43,215 nt of DNA, from positions 1-43,215 of the IMG/VR virus record IMGVR_UViG_3300044475_000022. One strand, written 5' to 3'. Source of the stretch: a virus. Its lineage: Duplodnaviria; Caudoviricetes. The translations under genes were made by a program, and so were the position numbers. Position 1 is the first letter of the stretch. Each line of letters starts with the position of its first letter. Under the pieces are notes generated by a model. The model worked only from the letters and a program-made list of their open reading frames with translations, was not told the DNA's origin and searched no databases. This document shows positions 7,341 through 16,570 of the stretch, one piece after another.

Positions 7341-7727
7341 ATGAACCTGCGCCAGTTGAAGAAACAAGACAAGCGTGCTGCAGCGATCCTCCTGGCCCTG
7401 CACCGAGGCGCTGTATCCCCCAGTGGCTTCGGCCTGAACGACGATGGCCGCTATTCGTATGAATGGCGCTGCAGCTATGAGTACGACGAGTGGGACGAAC
7501 AGCCTGCGCTCGACTACCTAAATGACATTGAAGGCCTTGCATACATGGCCGACTGCATTGATCCGAAGACTGGCGACTACCTGCCAGATGACCAGTGCCC
7601 GCCATACCCGCCATCTGCAATGCACAAGCTGCCAGCAGGCTGGCGCTGGCGCGGTGGCCGGTTGGTGCCAGTAGATAAGCATGGCGCGATGGCGCGCGCC
7701 ACCCAAGTAGCCAAGCAAACCCCATAA
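7341..7727 (+). CDS. hypothetical protein
   Basis: GAGGG RBS, MNLRQLKKQDKRAA... Confidence 0.7.
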   Translation: MNLRQLKKQDKRAAAILLALHRGAVSPSGFGLNDDGRYSYEWRCSYEYDEWDEQPALDYLNDIEGLAYMADCIDPKTGDYLPDDQCPPYPPSAMHKLPAGWRWRGGRLVPVDKHGAMARATQVAKQTP

Positions 7728-7731
7728 CCCC

Positions 7732-7756
7732 AACCCGCCAAGCGCGGGCTTTTTTT
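7732..7756 (+). terminator. intrinsic terminator ending the early + operon
   Basis: cccgc-caagc-gcggg, C, T7. Confidence 0.75.
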
Positions 7757-7795
7757 ACGGTAGCGGGTAGAATCCGCGCAAAAGGAAGGTAGAAC

Positions 7796-7978
7796 ATGAC
7801 CACCTCACAAGTTCGAGTTGTCCTAAATACCAAATTTGCTTGGTATGTCAAGCTATGGCTGTTTTTTATTTCAAAATCGCCGTGCTTAATTTTGAATTTG
7901 ATTGGTGAGCGCTTGCTTTTGGCTGTAACGGAGTTATTGATTGACCGAGGTGTCAGCGTTGAAGTCAAAGAAGCCTAA
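7796..7978 (+). CDS. small hydrophobic hypothetical protein
   Basis: AAGG RBS, TAGAAT -10-like box at 7768-7773; overlaps the start of the next gene. Confidence 0.45.
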   Translation: MTTSQVRVVLNTKFAWYVKLWLFFISKSPCLILNLIGERLLLAVTELLIDRGVSVEVKEA

Positions 7979-8750
7979 GTACGTCCGCGCCATCCGTCCC
8001 AATGCAGGCGTGGAAGCCGCGTATCGTCGCGCCTTGGAGAAGATGGTCAAGGAAATGAGCCATAGCGCGCAGTATTGGATTGAGGCTTCGTACAAAGCCA
8101 ACCCGCCAACGCTGGAAATGGCTATGGATGCACTGCCATCGCAAGAGTTGTCAAAGCGCATCAAGGAAGTCGCGCGCCGATGGATCAAGCGCTTTGACGA
8201 CATGGCGGACAAGATCGCCAAGCAGTTTGTGGAATCCGGGCGCAGCACAACTGACCGCGCCATGATGGCTGCATTCAAGGACGCAGGCTGGACGGTTGAC
8301 TTTAAGATGACGCGCGGCATGCAAGACGCCATGAATGCGACCATTAAGGAAAACGTGGCTCTGATCAAGTCAATCCCACAGCAATACTTCCTAGAGGTTG
8401 AGGGCGCTGTGATGCGCGGCTTCACAAAGGGGCGCGATCTGCAATTGATCACCGAAGAGTTGCAAAAACGCTACGGCATCACCAGCAGACGCGCAGCCAA
8501 CATTGCGCGCGACCAGAGCAACAAGCTCACGGCCACCACCGAGCAGGCGCGCCGCGTAGAGCTTGGACTGTTTGAAGCCGAGTGGATCCACTCCGGAGGC
8601 GGAAAAGAACCCCGGCAATCACACGTAAAGGCCGGGAAAGAGAAACGACGTTTCGATGTGCGCGAGGGTTGCTTGATTGATGGCGAGCACATCCTTCCAG
8701 GCGAGAAAATCAATTGCCGGTGTACTTCCCGTGTAATCCTTCCGTTCTGA
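7941..8750 (+). CDS. head morphogenesis protein (Mu gpF/SPP1 gp7 family)
   Basis: RAANIARDQSNK, WIHSGGGKEPRQSH, PGEKINCRC motifs. Confidence 0.9.
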   Translation: MTEVSALKSKKPKYVRAIRPNAGVEAAYRRALEKMVKEMSHSAQYWIEASYKANPPTLEMAMDALPSQELSKRIKEVARRWIKRFDDMADKIAKQFVESGRSTTDRAMMAAFKDAGWTVDFKMTRGMQDAMNATIKENVALIKSIPQQYFLEVEGAVMRGFTKGRDLQLITEELQKRYGITSRRAANIARDQSNKLTATTEQARRVELGLFEAEWIHSGGGKEPRQSHVKAGKEKRRFDVREGCLIDGEHILPGEKINCRCTSRVILPF

Positions 8751-8763
8751 TAATGGATAAATC

Positions 8764-8946
8764 ATGACTATCTCAAAATGGTTTTACGCAATCGCATTCA
8801 TCGGTTTGGTGCTATGGTTGCACGATGGATATAATGAGGACAAACAGTTTGTCAAGGAATACGAATATTGCGTTGACCAGACAAACAACATTAGCAACTG
8901 CCTGGACGAACTAGATGCCAAGCGTAAAGCGCTCAAACAGTCTTAG
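8764..8946 (+). CDS. small membrane-anchored protein
   Basis: N-terminal TM helix (WFYAIAFIGLVLWL) and C-x8-C pair; AT-rich. Confidence 0.5.
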   Translation: MTISKWFYAIAFIGLVLWLHDGYNEDKQFVKEYEYCVDQTNNISNCLDELDAKRKALKQS

Positions 8947-10219
8947 TCTTGCTTTCGATAAAGCATCAGCGCGCACCATCGACAAGGATGGGCGCATGCA
9001 TGTTTCGCGCTCCAACATTTCAAAGGCGAATGTTTGCCCGTACATGGGTAAGGAAATCCCAGGCTGGAAAGAACTTGGCCTAGATGCCGAGAAGATTTAC
9101 CGACTGTACCGCGACCCAGAAGAATTGGCAAAGGGCGCGCCGACATTCAACAACCTTCCTATTCTCCTAGATCACACGTATGTCAGCGCAGAAAAGCCTG
9201 AGAAAGAGCGTGTAATCGGAAGCATGAGTGGCGCAGAGTTTGGCGATCCATATTTGGCTGCCGATCTTTGTTTTTGGGACAAGGCGGCAATCGACGCAAT
9301 CAACGCCGAAGCAATCGAAGAACTCTCCAGCGCCTACCACTACAAAGCAGACATGACCCCCGGCACCACGCCCGAGGGGGAAGCGTTCGATGGTGTCATG
9401 CGTGACATCGTTGGCAATCACCTCGCGCTTGTGGAGAAAGGCCGCGCGGGGTCTGATGTAATCGTGGCCGACTCCGATCCCTTTCACAAAAGGAAAAGTG
9501 CAATGAAGCAAACCAAGCTGGGCAAAGCCCTGATGGTCACGCTCTCGGCAGCATCCCCCAAGATCGCTCAGGACAGCGCGTTGCTGGGCTTGGTTGGTGG
9601 CGCAGTCAAGAAGACGTTCGACAAGCAAAAGGTCATTCAGGCCATTTGCGCAATGGATGAGGACATTGAAGCTGAAAAGGCCGATGAAATCATCGATGCG
9701 GTTTTGGGTGTGGAAGAAGAACCCAAGCCCGTAGAAGTCAAGCCTGCGGAAGATGAAGATAATGGCGGCGCTAAGTCCAAGCACGCCGAGATCATCGACT
9801 TCCTGAAATCCAAGGGCCTGGACGCATCCGACCTGGAGGCCGTGGGCAACATGCTGACCCGCATGGACCGACCCTACGCATCCGATGAGGATGTGCAAGC
9901 CAAGGTCGAGGAAGAGGTCAAGACAGCCGCCGATTCGCTGCGCAATGAGCTGAAGCAGCACTATGCCGAACTGGACAAGGCGCGTTCCGCTGTACGACCT
10001 GTCGTTGGCGAAGTGATTGGCATGGACTCGGCTGCTGATGTGTACAAGTTTGCGCTCAAGCACATGAATGTGGATTTTTCTGGCATGCCAGATGCCGGCC
10101 TGTCCAAGCTTTTCGCAGTGGCCGCTACCAAGAAGGCGGAACCTGCGCGCGCTCTGGGCATGGACTCTGCGACCAAGAAGAAGCTGGACATTCCCGGCTT
10201 GGAACGATTCAACTTCTAA
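8915..10219 (+). CDS. DUF2213 prohead protease with C-terminal scaffold region
   Basis: ISKANVCPYMG, YRDPEEL, ELSSAY, NHLALVEKGRAG motifs; acidic C-terminal half. Confidence 0.9.
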   Translation: MPSVKRSNSLSLAFDKASARTIDKDGRMHVSRSNISKANVCPYMGKEIPGWKELGLDAEKIYRLYRDPEELAKGAPTFNNLPILLDHTYVSAEKPEKERVIGSMSGAEFGDPYLAADLCFWDKAAIDAINAEAIEELSSAYHYKADMTPGTTPEGEAFDGVMRDIVGNHLALVEKGRAGSDVIVADSDPFHKRKSAMKQTKLGKALMVTLSAASPKIAQDSALLGLVGGAVKKTFDKQKVIQAICAMDEDIEAEKADEIIDAVLGVEEEPKPVEVKPAEDEDNGGAKSKHAEIIDFLKSKGLDASDLEAVGNMLTRMDRPYASDEDVQAKVEEEVKTAADSLRNELKQHYAELDKARSAVRPVVGEVIGMDSAADVYKFALKHMNVDFSGMPDAGLSKLFAVAATKKAEPARALGMDSATKKKLDIPGLERFNF

Positions 10220-10234
10220 AAGGGAGAGACAAAA

Positions 10235-10735
10235 ATGTCCTTTCAAGTAACAGTCAATCTGCAGCAAGCTGCAGGAGTGGAAGGCGATTTCGCATCGTCT
10301 AACCCACGTCGATCGGTTGTGTCCCATGAGGGCACACTGGTTGCCGGCACTGGCGGCGTGTATGTCGCGCGCTTCGCTTGGGCAGATAGCTCGGGCAAGG
10401 TGACAAACGCTGGCTCCGGCGTGCCTACTGGTTTTGTGGCGCGAAGTGGTCAGCAAGGCTCGGCCATCATCACCACCTATCTGGCAGAGACAAGCATGCT
10501 GATTCAGCAAGGCTTTGAAGTCACTCTGCATGAAACAGGTGACTTCTGGGTCAAGCACATCACCAATCCAGCCACTGTCGGTCAAAAGGTGTTTGCCTCG
10601 CTGACTACCGGCCAAATCCAAACCGCCGCCGCTGGCGCTACTGTAGCTGGCTACATCGAGACTGCTTTCCGTGTCCAAGGCTTCCCAGCTGGCGGCACTG
10701 GCGCAGTGGGCGAGCTGATCTGCATCTCGCTGTAA
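10235..10735 (+). CDS. head decoration/cement protein
   Basis: GVEGDFASSNPR...GDFWV; lies between protease and major capsid. Confidence 0.75.
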   Translation: MSFQVTVNLQQAAGVEGDFASSNPRRSVVSHEGTLVAGTGGVYVARFAWADSSGKVTNAGSGVPTGFVARSGQQGSAIITTYLAETSMLIQQGFEVTLHETGDFWVKHITNPATVGQKVFASLTTGQIQTAAAGATVAGYIETAFRVQGFPAGGTGAVGELICISL

Positions 10736-10745
10736 GGAGAAAAAC

Positions 10746-11828
10746 ATGGACGCACAACTGCAACACCTCAGCGAGCGCGTGGGCCTCGTAATTGACCCCG
10801 TATTCAATGCCCAACTGCTGCCCAAAGGCACGCGAACCAGCGATCTGATCGGCATGGATTCCGCAGGCAGCATGGTGGCAATGGATTCTGCATATCCACT
10901 TGTGACCACATCCAACTCCGGCATTCCTGCAATGCTGTCCACCTACATTGAGCCAAAACTGATCGAAGTTTTGCTGGCTCCAATGAAGGCTGCTGAAGCT
11001 GCGGGCCGTGAGCGAAAGCTGGGCGATTGGAATCTGTTGACCACAATGTTCCAAATGGTTGAATCGACTGGCGAGGCGACGAGCTATGGCGATTACAACA
11101 ATTCTGGATCGGCTGGCGTGAACGTGCAATTCCCACAGCGTCAAAGCTATCACTTCCAGGTGGTGACGCAATGGGGCGAGCGTGAGCTGTCTCAGATGGG
11201 CTTGGCTAAGATCGACTTGGCTGCTCAGAAGAACATCTCTTCTGTTCTGACACTGAACAAGTACCAGAACAAGACCTATCTGTTTGGCGTGTCCGGCCTG
11301 CAGAACTACGGCATGCTGAACGATCCTTCGCTGCCAGCCGACATTACGCCTAACACCAAGGCGGCAGGCGGCACAGCTTGGATTTTGCCAACAGGTCAGA
11401 TCAACGCCACAAACCTGGAAATCTTCCAAGACGTTCAAAAGCTGGTTTACCAACTGATCAACCGCAATCAAGGCCTAGTGGATGTGACTTCCCCCATGAC
11501 CATGATCATGGGGCCTCAGACAAATCTGGCAATGACCGTGGCGAACGGCACTGTTACCACTGTTGTGGCATGGGACTTGATCAGCAAGGCATTCCCCAAC
11601 ATGAAGGTGGTGGTGGTGCCTGAATACGCTACAGCTTCTGGTCAGAAGATCCAAGTTGTGGTGGATGAAGTGGAAGGTCAGCGAACCATGGAATGTGCGT
11701 TTACTGAAAAGCTGCGCGCGCACCCCATCATTCCTGAGCTGTCCAGCTTCAAGCAAAAGAAGTCTGCGGGCACATGGGGAACTGTGATCTATCGTCCTGG
11801 CATGGTGGCCTCTGGCCTGGGCTATTAA
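10746..11828 (+). CDS. major capsid protein (DUF2184 family)
   Basis: 360 aa, strong RBS, YLFGVSGLQNYGMLNDP, FTEKLRAH, GTWGTVIYRP; followed by a terminator. Confidence 0.9.
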   Translation: MDAQLQHLSERVGLVIDPVFNAQLLPKGTRTSDLIGMDSAGSMVAMDSAYPLVTTSNSGIPAMLSTYIEPKLIEVLLAPMKAAEAAGRERKLGDWNLLTTMFQMVESTGEATSYGDYNNSGSAGVNVQFPQRQSYHFQVVTQWGERELSQMGLAKIDLAAQKNISSVLTLNKYQNKTYLFGVSGLQNYGMLNDPSLPADITPNTKAAGGTAWILPTGQINATNLEIFQDVQKLVYQLINRNQGLVDVTSPMTMIMGPQTNLAMTVANGTVTTVVAWDLISKAFPNMKVVVVPEYATASGQKIQVVVDEVEGQRTMECAFTEKLRAHPIIPELSSFKQKKSAGTWGTVIYRPGMVASGLGY

Positions 11829-11838
11829 TCGATAGAAT

Positions 11839-11869
11839 AAAAGGGAGCGGCATTATGCCGCCCCTTTTT
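11839..11869 (+). terminator. intrinsic terminator after capsid gene
   Basis: aaaaggg-a-gcggca-tta-tgccgc-ccctttt. Confidence 0.75.
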
Positions 11870-11888
11870 CTTAAAACAAGGAGTGGAA

Positions 11889-12227
11889 ATGGCGAATGTG
11901 ACTATTGGCTGCCGACTGCCAAACGGCTTGGTTTTGGAAGTTGGCGACAAGAGTGTTGAATTGGCTGGACAACGACAGACCCAGCAGCGCAGCAAGATTA
12001 TTCTTTTGAGCCCCGATGACTACGGGACCACAGAAGTGGATGAATCGTTTTGGCAGGCGTGGAAGCAAAGTGTTGGCAAGGACTTTGCACCCTTGGCATC
12101 TGGCGCTATTTTTGAAGCCAAGAACACAAACGACGCTTCTGCAAAAGCAAAGGATTTGAAGTCCAAGAAAACAGGCCATGAAGCCATGGAGCTGAACACA
12201 GACGGCGTTCAAGAGGCGCAACGATAA
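11889..12227 (+). CDS. virion-associated hypothetical protein
   Basis: VTIGCRLPNGLVL, typical post-capsid gene in this phage group; AAGGAG RBS. Confidence 0.7.
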   Translation: MANVTIGCRLPNGLVLEVGDKSVELAGQRQTQQRSKIILLSPDDYGTTEVDESFWQAWKQSVGKDFAPLASGAIFEAKNTNDASAKAKDLKSKKTGHEAMELNTDGVQEAQR

Positions 12228-12637
12228 TGGCGCAAGTTGTCTTTGACCCCGTTGCATTCAAAGCCATGTTCCCGGCTTTTGCTGGGGTCGATGACGGCTT
12301 TTTGACGCTGTGTTTCCGTCAGGCTACGACATACCTATCCAATAAGGATTGCAGCCGCGTTCAGGACTTGGAAGAGCGCGAGTATTTGTTGTGGCTGCTG
12401 ACTGCGCACATTGCTCAGTTGATGGGCGCGCTCAATCCTGCTGGCGTGGCTGGTGGCGCTTCTGCGGTGGGCCGCACTGCTTCAGCTACCGAGGGTAGCG
12501 TTTCCGTGTCGTTTGATTTTGGTCCGGTGTCGGAGCGTGAGGCTTGGTACTCCCAAACGCAATGGGGCGCAATGTACTGGGCTGCTACGGCAAAGTACCG
12601 CGCGTTCCGTTATCACCCACGCCCTACCTGCTTCTGA
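12227..12637 (+). CDS. head-tail adaptor (DUF4054 family)
   Basis: FKAMFPAF, LLTAHIAQL, GRTASATEGSVSVS, QTQWGAMYW. Confidence 0.85.
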   Translation: MAQVVFDPVAFKAMFPAFAGVDDGFLTLCFRQATTYLSNKDCSRVQDLEEREYLLWLLTAHIAQLMGALNPAGVAGGASAVGRTASATEGSVSVSFDFGPVSEREAWYSQTQWGAMYWAATAKYRAFRYHPRPTCF

Positions 12638-12638
12638 T

Positions 12639-13082
12639 ATGTCACTACAAGGCGGCGACAAGCTGGCAAAGGTGCTGGCAGACATGACCAAGGGCCTGGA
12701 AGGCGAGAAGGTGCTTTCTGTTGGCTTCTTGTCGGGCGCGACGTATCCAGATGGAACGCCTGTGGCTGCTGTGGCGTTCTGGAATGAGTTTGGCACGATC
12801 AAATCACCTCCTCGCCCATTCTTCCGCACTATGGTTGCCGAGGCGGCCGGTTCATGGCCGGAACTCTTATCGAAAGCGGTCAAGCACACCGAATACGATG
12901 GTTCACGCGCTCTCGCCATCATGGGAGAGAAGATCAAAGACGATCTTCGAGCGTCTATCGCTGGCTGGACAACTCCAGCCAATGCACCCTACACCATCAA
13001 GAAAAAGGGCTTCAACAAGCCTTTGATCGACACTGGGCACATGATGAACAGCGTTGGATACGAGGTGAATGATGGCTCTTGA
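12639..13082 (+). CDS. neck/tail completion protein
   Basis: VAFWNEFGT..PPRPFFR, NAPYTIKKKGFNKPLIDTG. Confidence 0.8.
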   Translation: MSLQGGDKLAKVLADMTKGLEGEKVLSVGFLSGATYPDGTPVAAVAFWNEFGTIKSPPRPFFRTMVAEAAGSWPELLSKAVKHTEYDGSRALAIMGEKIKDDLRASIAGWTTPANAPYTIKKKGFNKPLIDTGHMMNSVGYEVNDGS

Positions 13083-13482
13083 TCTGCGCAGCATCGCAAA
13101 CAGTGCAATTCAGGGAATCAATCCTGACTTGCCAATCACCATCAAACAGCCCGATGGATACACGGTTGACCCAGATACGCTGGTGCAAATACCTAACTGG
13201 GTGGAGCATCCCGCACTTGGCAACGTCCAAAGCATGAGCAGCGATGACCTAACGCAAGTGCAGGCGCTGAACATTGAGGGCACTATGCGCGCCGTGTACC
13301 TGCGTGGAAACTACAACGGCATCTTCCGCCCAGGCCAGCAGCCTAACACCGTGCTGCGCTTCACCACCAACGAATCCGGCACAGTTGCTGCGCGTGACTG
13401 GAACGTGTTCAAGGTGCTTGAAGTCTGGTCTACATGGTGCAAGGTTGCTGTAGTGTTGCAGCTGCCAGAGGAAACGCCATGA
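13069..13482 (+). CDS. head closure protein (putative)
   Basis: position in neck cluster; VLEVWSTWCKVAVVLQ C-terminus. Confidence 0.65.
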   Translation: MMALDLRSIANSAIQGINPDLPITIKQPDGYTVDPDTLVQIPNWVEHPALGNVQSMSSDDLTQVQALNIEGTMRAVYLRGNYNGIFRPGQQPNTVLRFTTNESGTVAARDWNVFKVLEVWSTWCKVAVVLQLPEETP

Positions 13483-13988
13483 CCATCACCATCAATCAAG
13501 TAATTGGCAAGGTTGGCGCTTTTCTGAAGCCACATATGCCGGCAGATTGGAAGGCTGTACGCGGTCAAGTTAACGACACGCCGCAGCCAAAACCGCCTGT
13601 TTTGATCATGTGGCCGGTAGGATTGCCTCAATACACAACTACACGACAAAGCTTTGATGATGAATCTGGGGTTATGTCATACGTTATGCCAAAACGCCTA
13701 GAGATTCAGCTTGATTTCTATGGGTTTGAGGCAGGCAATCAGGCAGCTATCGCAATGACGCTTTTCCGAAGCATTGCAACCGAAGGATTCTTCCCGGAAG
13801 GTGTCGCACCTCTGTATTGCACAGACGCGCGCCAATTTCCATTGACCACAGGTGAAAAGCAATATGAGGATCGATGGTCACTGACTCTCGCACTTCAATA
13901 CAATAAGCCTGTGTTGGTTTCTCAAGAGTCGTTCAATTCTCCCGGGGATTTGACGATTATTCCTTCCCCCGGCAACTCACCAATTTAG
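13479..13988 (+). CDS. tail terminator/neck protein (putative)
   Basis: VRGQVN, IQLDFYG, APLYC, EKQYEDRW; immediately before sheath. Confidence 0.7.
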   Translation: MTITINQVIGKVGAFLKPHMPADWKAVRGQVNDTPQPKPPVLIMWPVGLPQYTTTRQSFDDESGVMSYVMPKRLEIQLDFYGFEAGNQAAIAMTLFRSIATEGFFPEGVAPLYCTDARQFPLTTGEKQYEDRWSLTLALQYNKPVLVSQESFNSPGDLTIIPSPGNSPI

Positions 13989-13996
13989 GAGTGACG

Positions 13997-15484
13997 ATGG
14001 CTACACAAGCTATTCCATATTCCCAACTGGTTAACATCATTCCCGGCGTAATCGGGACTGGTGCTAATCCGTTGAGTTTGAACGCGATTTTCATCGACAA
14101 AGACGAGAAGATCCCCACCTCTTCTTTGCTGGAATTCTACGACCGCGCTACGGTGGTTGATTACTTCGGATCTGATTCGGATCAGGCTGCATTGGCCGGC
14201 ATCTATTTCAACGGATTTGACACTGCTACGCGACGCCCTGGCACGTTGTTCTTTGCTGGCTATGCCGATGTCGCGCGCGCAGGTTGGGTGCGTGGGCAGT
14301 CCTTGGCTGGCGTCACGCTGGACGAACTGAAGGCAATCTCTGGAACGCTTAATGTGATTGTTGATGGTGGTTCGACAATCAATGCGTCCATTGACCTGTC
14401 TGCCGTAACAAGCTTCACCGATGCTGCAACAGCAATTGGCACAGCAATTGGTGCTGGCGTGGTTGTGACGTGGGACGTGTTGTTCTCCGTTTTCGTGATC
14501 ACCTCGGCGACCACAGGAGCGAACTCCAGTGTTGTGATTTCCGGTGGAGCGGCAGCAGAACCTTTGGGTTTGGTTGGCGGCTACAGCAGCGCAGGCTCAG
14601 CAATTGACACGCCTACCAGCGCAATGGATCGCATTGTTACCCAGTCCAACGACTGGGCAACGTACATGACCACGTTCGAGCCAGATCAAGACGACAAGAT
14701 CTTGTTTGCTACGTGGGCCGGAACGCAAAATCAGCGTTACGGCTATGTGGCGTGGGATTCGTCGTCGGCATACTTCACGCCAAATAATGCAGCAACGTTT
14801 GGCAAGTACGTGGAGAACCAGAAGCTGGGTGCTACTCTGGTGATCTACGACCCCACTCCAAATACTGCATCTTTCATTTGCGGTTATGCAGCATCGATCA
14901 ACTGGGACGAGTTGAACGGGCGCGCTACTCCTGCATTCAAGTCGCAGGAAGGCTTGCCTTACACCGTTGACACGCTGGCTAAGGCTAATGCTGTGCTGTC
15001 CAACAATGCAAGCTACTACGGCCACTATTCGGGCCCAGGCGCGGGCAACGTGGACAACTGCTTCCAAGATGGCCGCATGAATGGTTCGATCTTCCAGTGG
15101 TTTGACACGTTCATCAACCAGATCCGCCTGAATTCGCAGTTGCTGCTGTCGATCTGGACTGGTTTGCGCGGTGCAAAGGCAGTTCCCTACAACAGCCGAG
15201 GCGACAACTACATCCGTGCGTGGGCACAAGATCCAATCAACGAAGGACTGAATAACGGCTCCATCGTTCCTGGCGTGGTTTTGAGCAACTCCCAAAAGGT
15301 GGAGATCAACACCCAGGTCGGCTTTGATGTGAGTGAAACCTTGTTTACCCAAGGCTACTACCTGCACATCCTGCCCGCTACTGCACAAGTTCGTGGTCAG
15401 CGCAAGTCGCCGCCACTGAAGCTGTTCTACTGCGACGGCGGCAGCATCCAACAAATCGAAATGGCGTCCATCGCTGTACTGTAA
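13997..15484 (+). CDS. tail sheath protein (DUF3383 family)
   Basis: ~495 aa, ASINWDELNGRATPAFKSQ, VPYNSRG, YCDGGSIQ. Confidence 0.9.
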   Translation: MATQAIPYSQLVNIIPGVIGTGANPLSLNAIFIDKDEKIPTSSLLEFYDRATVVDYFGSDSDQAALAGIYFNGFDTATRRPGTLFFAGYADVARAGWVRGQSLAGVTLDELKAISGTLNVIVDGGSTINASIDLSAVTSFTDAATAIGTAIGAGVVVTWDVLFSVFVITSATTGANSSVVISGGAAAEPLGLVGGYSSAGSAIDTPTSAMDRIVTQSNDWATYMTTFEPDQDDKILFATWAGTQNQRYGYVAWDSSSAYFTPNNAATFGKYVENQKLGATLVIYDPTPNTASFICGYAASINWDELNGRATPAFKSQEGLPYTVDTLAKANAVLSNNASYYGHYSGPGAGNVDNCFQDGRMNGSIFQWFDTFINQIRLNSQLLLSIWTGLRGAKAVPYNSRGDNYIRAWAQDPINEGLNNGSIVPGVVLSNSQKVEINTQVGFDVSETLFTQGYYLHILPATAQVRGQRKSPPLKLFYCDGGSIQQIEMASIAVL

Positions 15485-15496
15485 GGAGCTTGAAAA

Positions 15497-15934
15497 ATGG
15501 CAGACCGTACCATTACCTCGGCTGATTCGAGCTACTTCCTCGGGTCGGCAGATTACGTGCTTGGCATTTTGTTGGAAGGTTATGCAGCTGACGCTGCATT
15601 CTCTTTGGACAATGCCGATACCGCTGAAACACAGCTTGGTGTTGATGGCAAGCTGGCTGCAGGGTGGGTTCCCCGCAGCTACAACCAAACTGTGACCCTG
15701 CAGGCTGATAGTCCGAGCGCGCAAGTTATTGATGCATTCATTGCAGCTCAGGATGTGGCTCGAACCATCTTCCGGCTAACCGGGACCATCACGATGCCAG
15801 GAAACAAGATGTCGTACAGCCTGCTGCGGGGAGTCATCAAGAACTACACCGCCATGCCAACGGCGCAGCGAGTTCTGCAGCCACGCACCTACGTGATCGA
15901 GTGGGAAAAGGTAATCCCCGTGCCTTTGGCCTAA
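15497..15934 (+). CDS. tail tube protein
   Basis: follows sheath; RTITSAD, GVDGKLAAGWVP, TLQADSPS. Confidence 0.85.
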   Translation: MADRTITSADSSYFLGSADYVLGILLEGYAADAAFSLDNADTAETQLGVDGKLAAGWVPRSYNQTVTLQADSPSAQVIDAFIAAQDVARTIFRLTGTITMPGNKMSYSLLRGVIKNYTAMPTAQRVLQPRTYVIEWEKVIPVPLA

Positions 15935-15946
15935 TCAGCGATAATG

Positions 15947-15966
15947 AAGCCCCTTCGGGGGCTTTT
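15947..15966 (+). terminator. intrinsic terminator
   Basis: aagcccc-ttcg-ggggctt followed by TT. Confidence 0.75.
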
Positions 15967-15983
15967 CAACATGAGGATTCAAA

Positions 15984-16379
15984 ATGGCACGACGCACAAA
16001 AGACATTGAAATCAAAGACGAATCTAGCCGCGACAATGGAAAGACTTATGTGATCACAGAAATGTCTGCGGAGGCTGCGGAGTGGTGGGCGTTTCGTGTA
16101 TTGCAAGCGGTGCTAGGTGCTAATGCGGAGATCGATCTTGGCGCGCCATTGGCTCAAATGGCTGCTGCAGGGTTCAAGGCGCTTGGGCAATTGGAGCCAG
16201 AAAAGGCAAAGCCTTTGCTGGATGAAATGATGAAGTGCGTTTCTATGCGATTGCCTGACGGTAAGACGCGCGAACTCTTCCAAGGCACGACCGATATTGA
16301 GGAAGTCAAAACACGCGTGATTCTTCGCAAAGAAATCTTTGCGCTGCATGTCGATTTTTTTCAAGCTGGCGGCGTGTAG
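15984..16379 (+). CDS. tail assembly chaperone (gpG-like)
   Basis: between tube and tape measure; SRDNGKTYVITEMSA, DIEEVKTRVILRKEIFALHVDFF. Confidence 0.8.
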   Translation: MARRTKDIEIKDESSRDNGKTYVITEMSAEAAEWWAFRVLQAVLGANAEIDLGAPLAQMAAAGFKALGQLEPEKAKPLLDEMMKCVSMRLPDGKTRELFQGTTDIEEVKTRVILRKEIFALHVDFFQAGGV

Positions 16380-16570
16380 ATTTCCCGCTAACTCCGCCTA
16401 GTGCTAATGCGTCAAAAATGCTGGAGTATCGGAACACGCCTGGGATTATTGCCGCGCTGGTTTCGGCGAGGCTTGCAACCTTTGTCGAGCTACAGACAGT
16501 ATTAGGCCCACATGACGCATACCAACTATGGGAAATCCACCGCATTGACCAACACAATAGGGCGCTCTGA
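16361..16570 (+). CDS. tail assembly chaperone -1 frameshift extension (gpGT-like; internal ATG at 16418)
   Basis: slippery T-TTT-TTT at 16355-16361; -1 frame open to TGA at 16568-16570 (...LATFVELQTVLGPHDAYQLWEI...). Confidence 0.7.
   Translation, partial: SSWRRVDFPLTPPSANASKMLEYRNTPGIIAALVSARLATFVELQTVLGPHDAYQLWEIHRIDQHNRAL

Noticed and set aside
9167-15724. Long antisense ORFs (9167-10942, 10638-11471, 14597-15724)
   Set aside because: Shadows of strongly codon-biased structural genes on the + strand; no recognisable motifs
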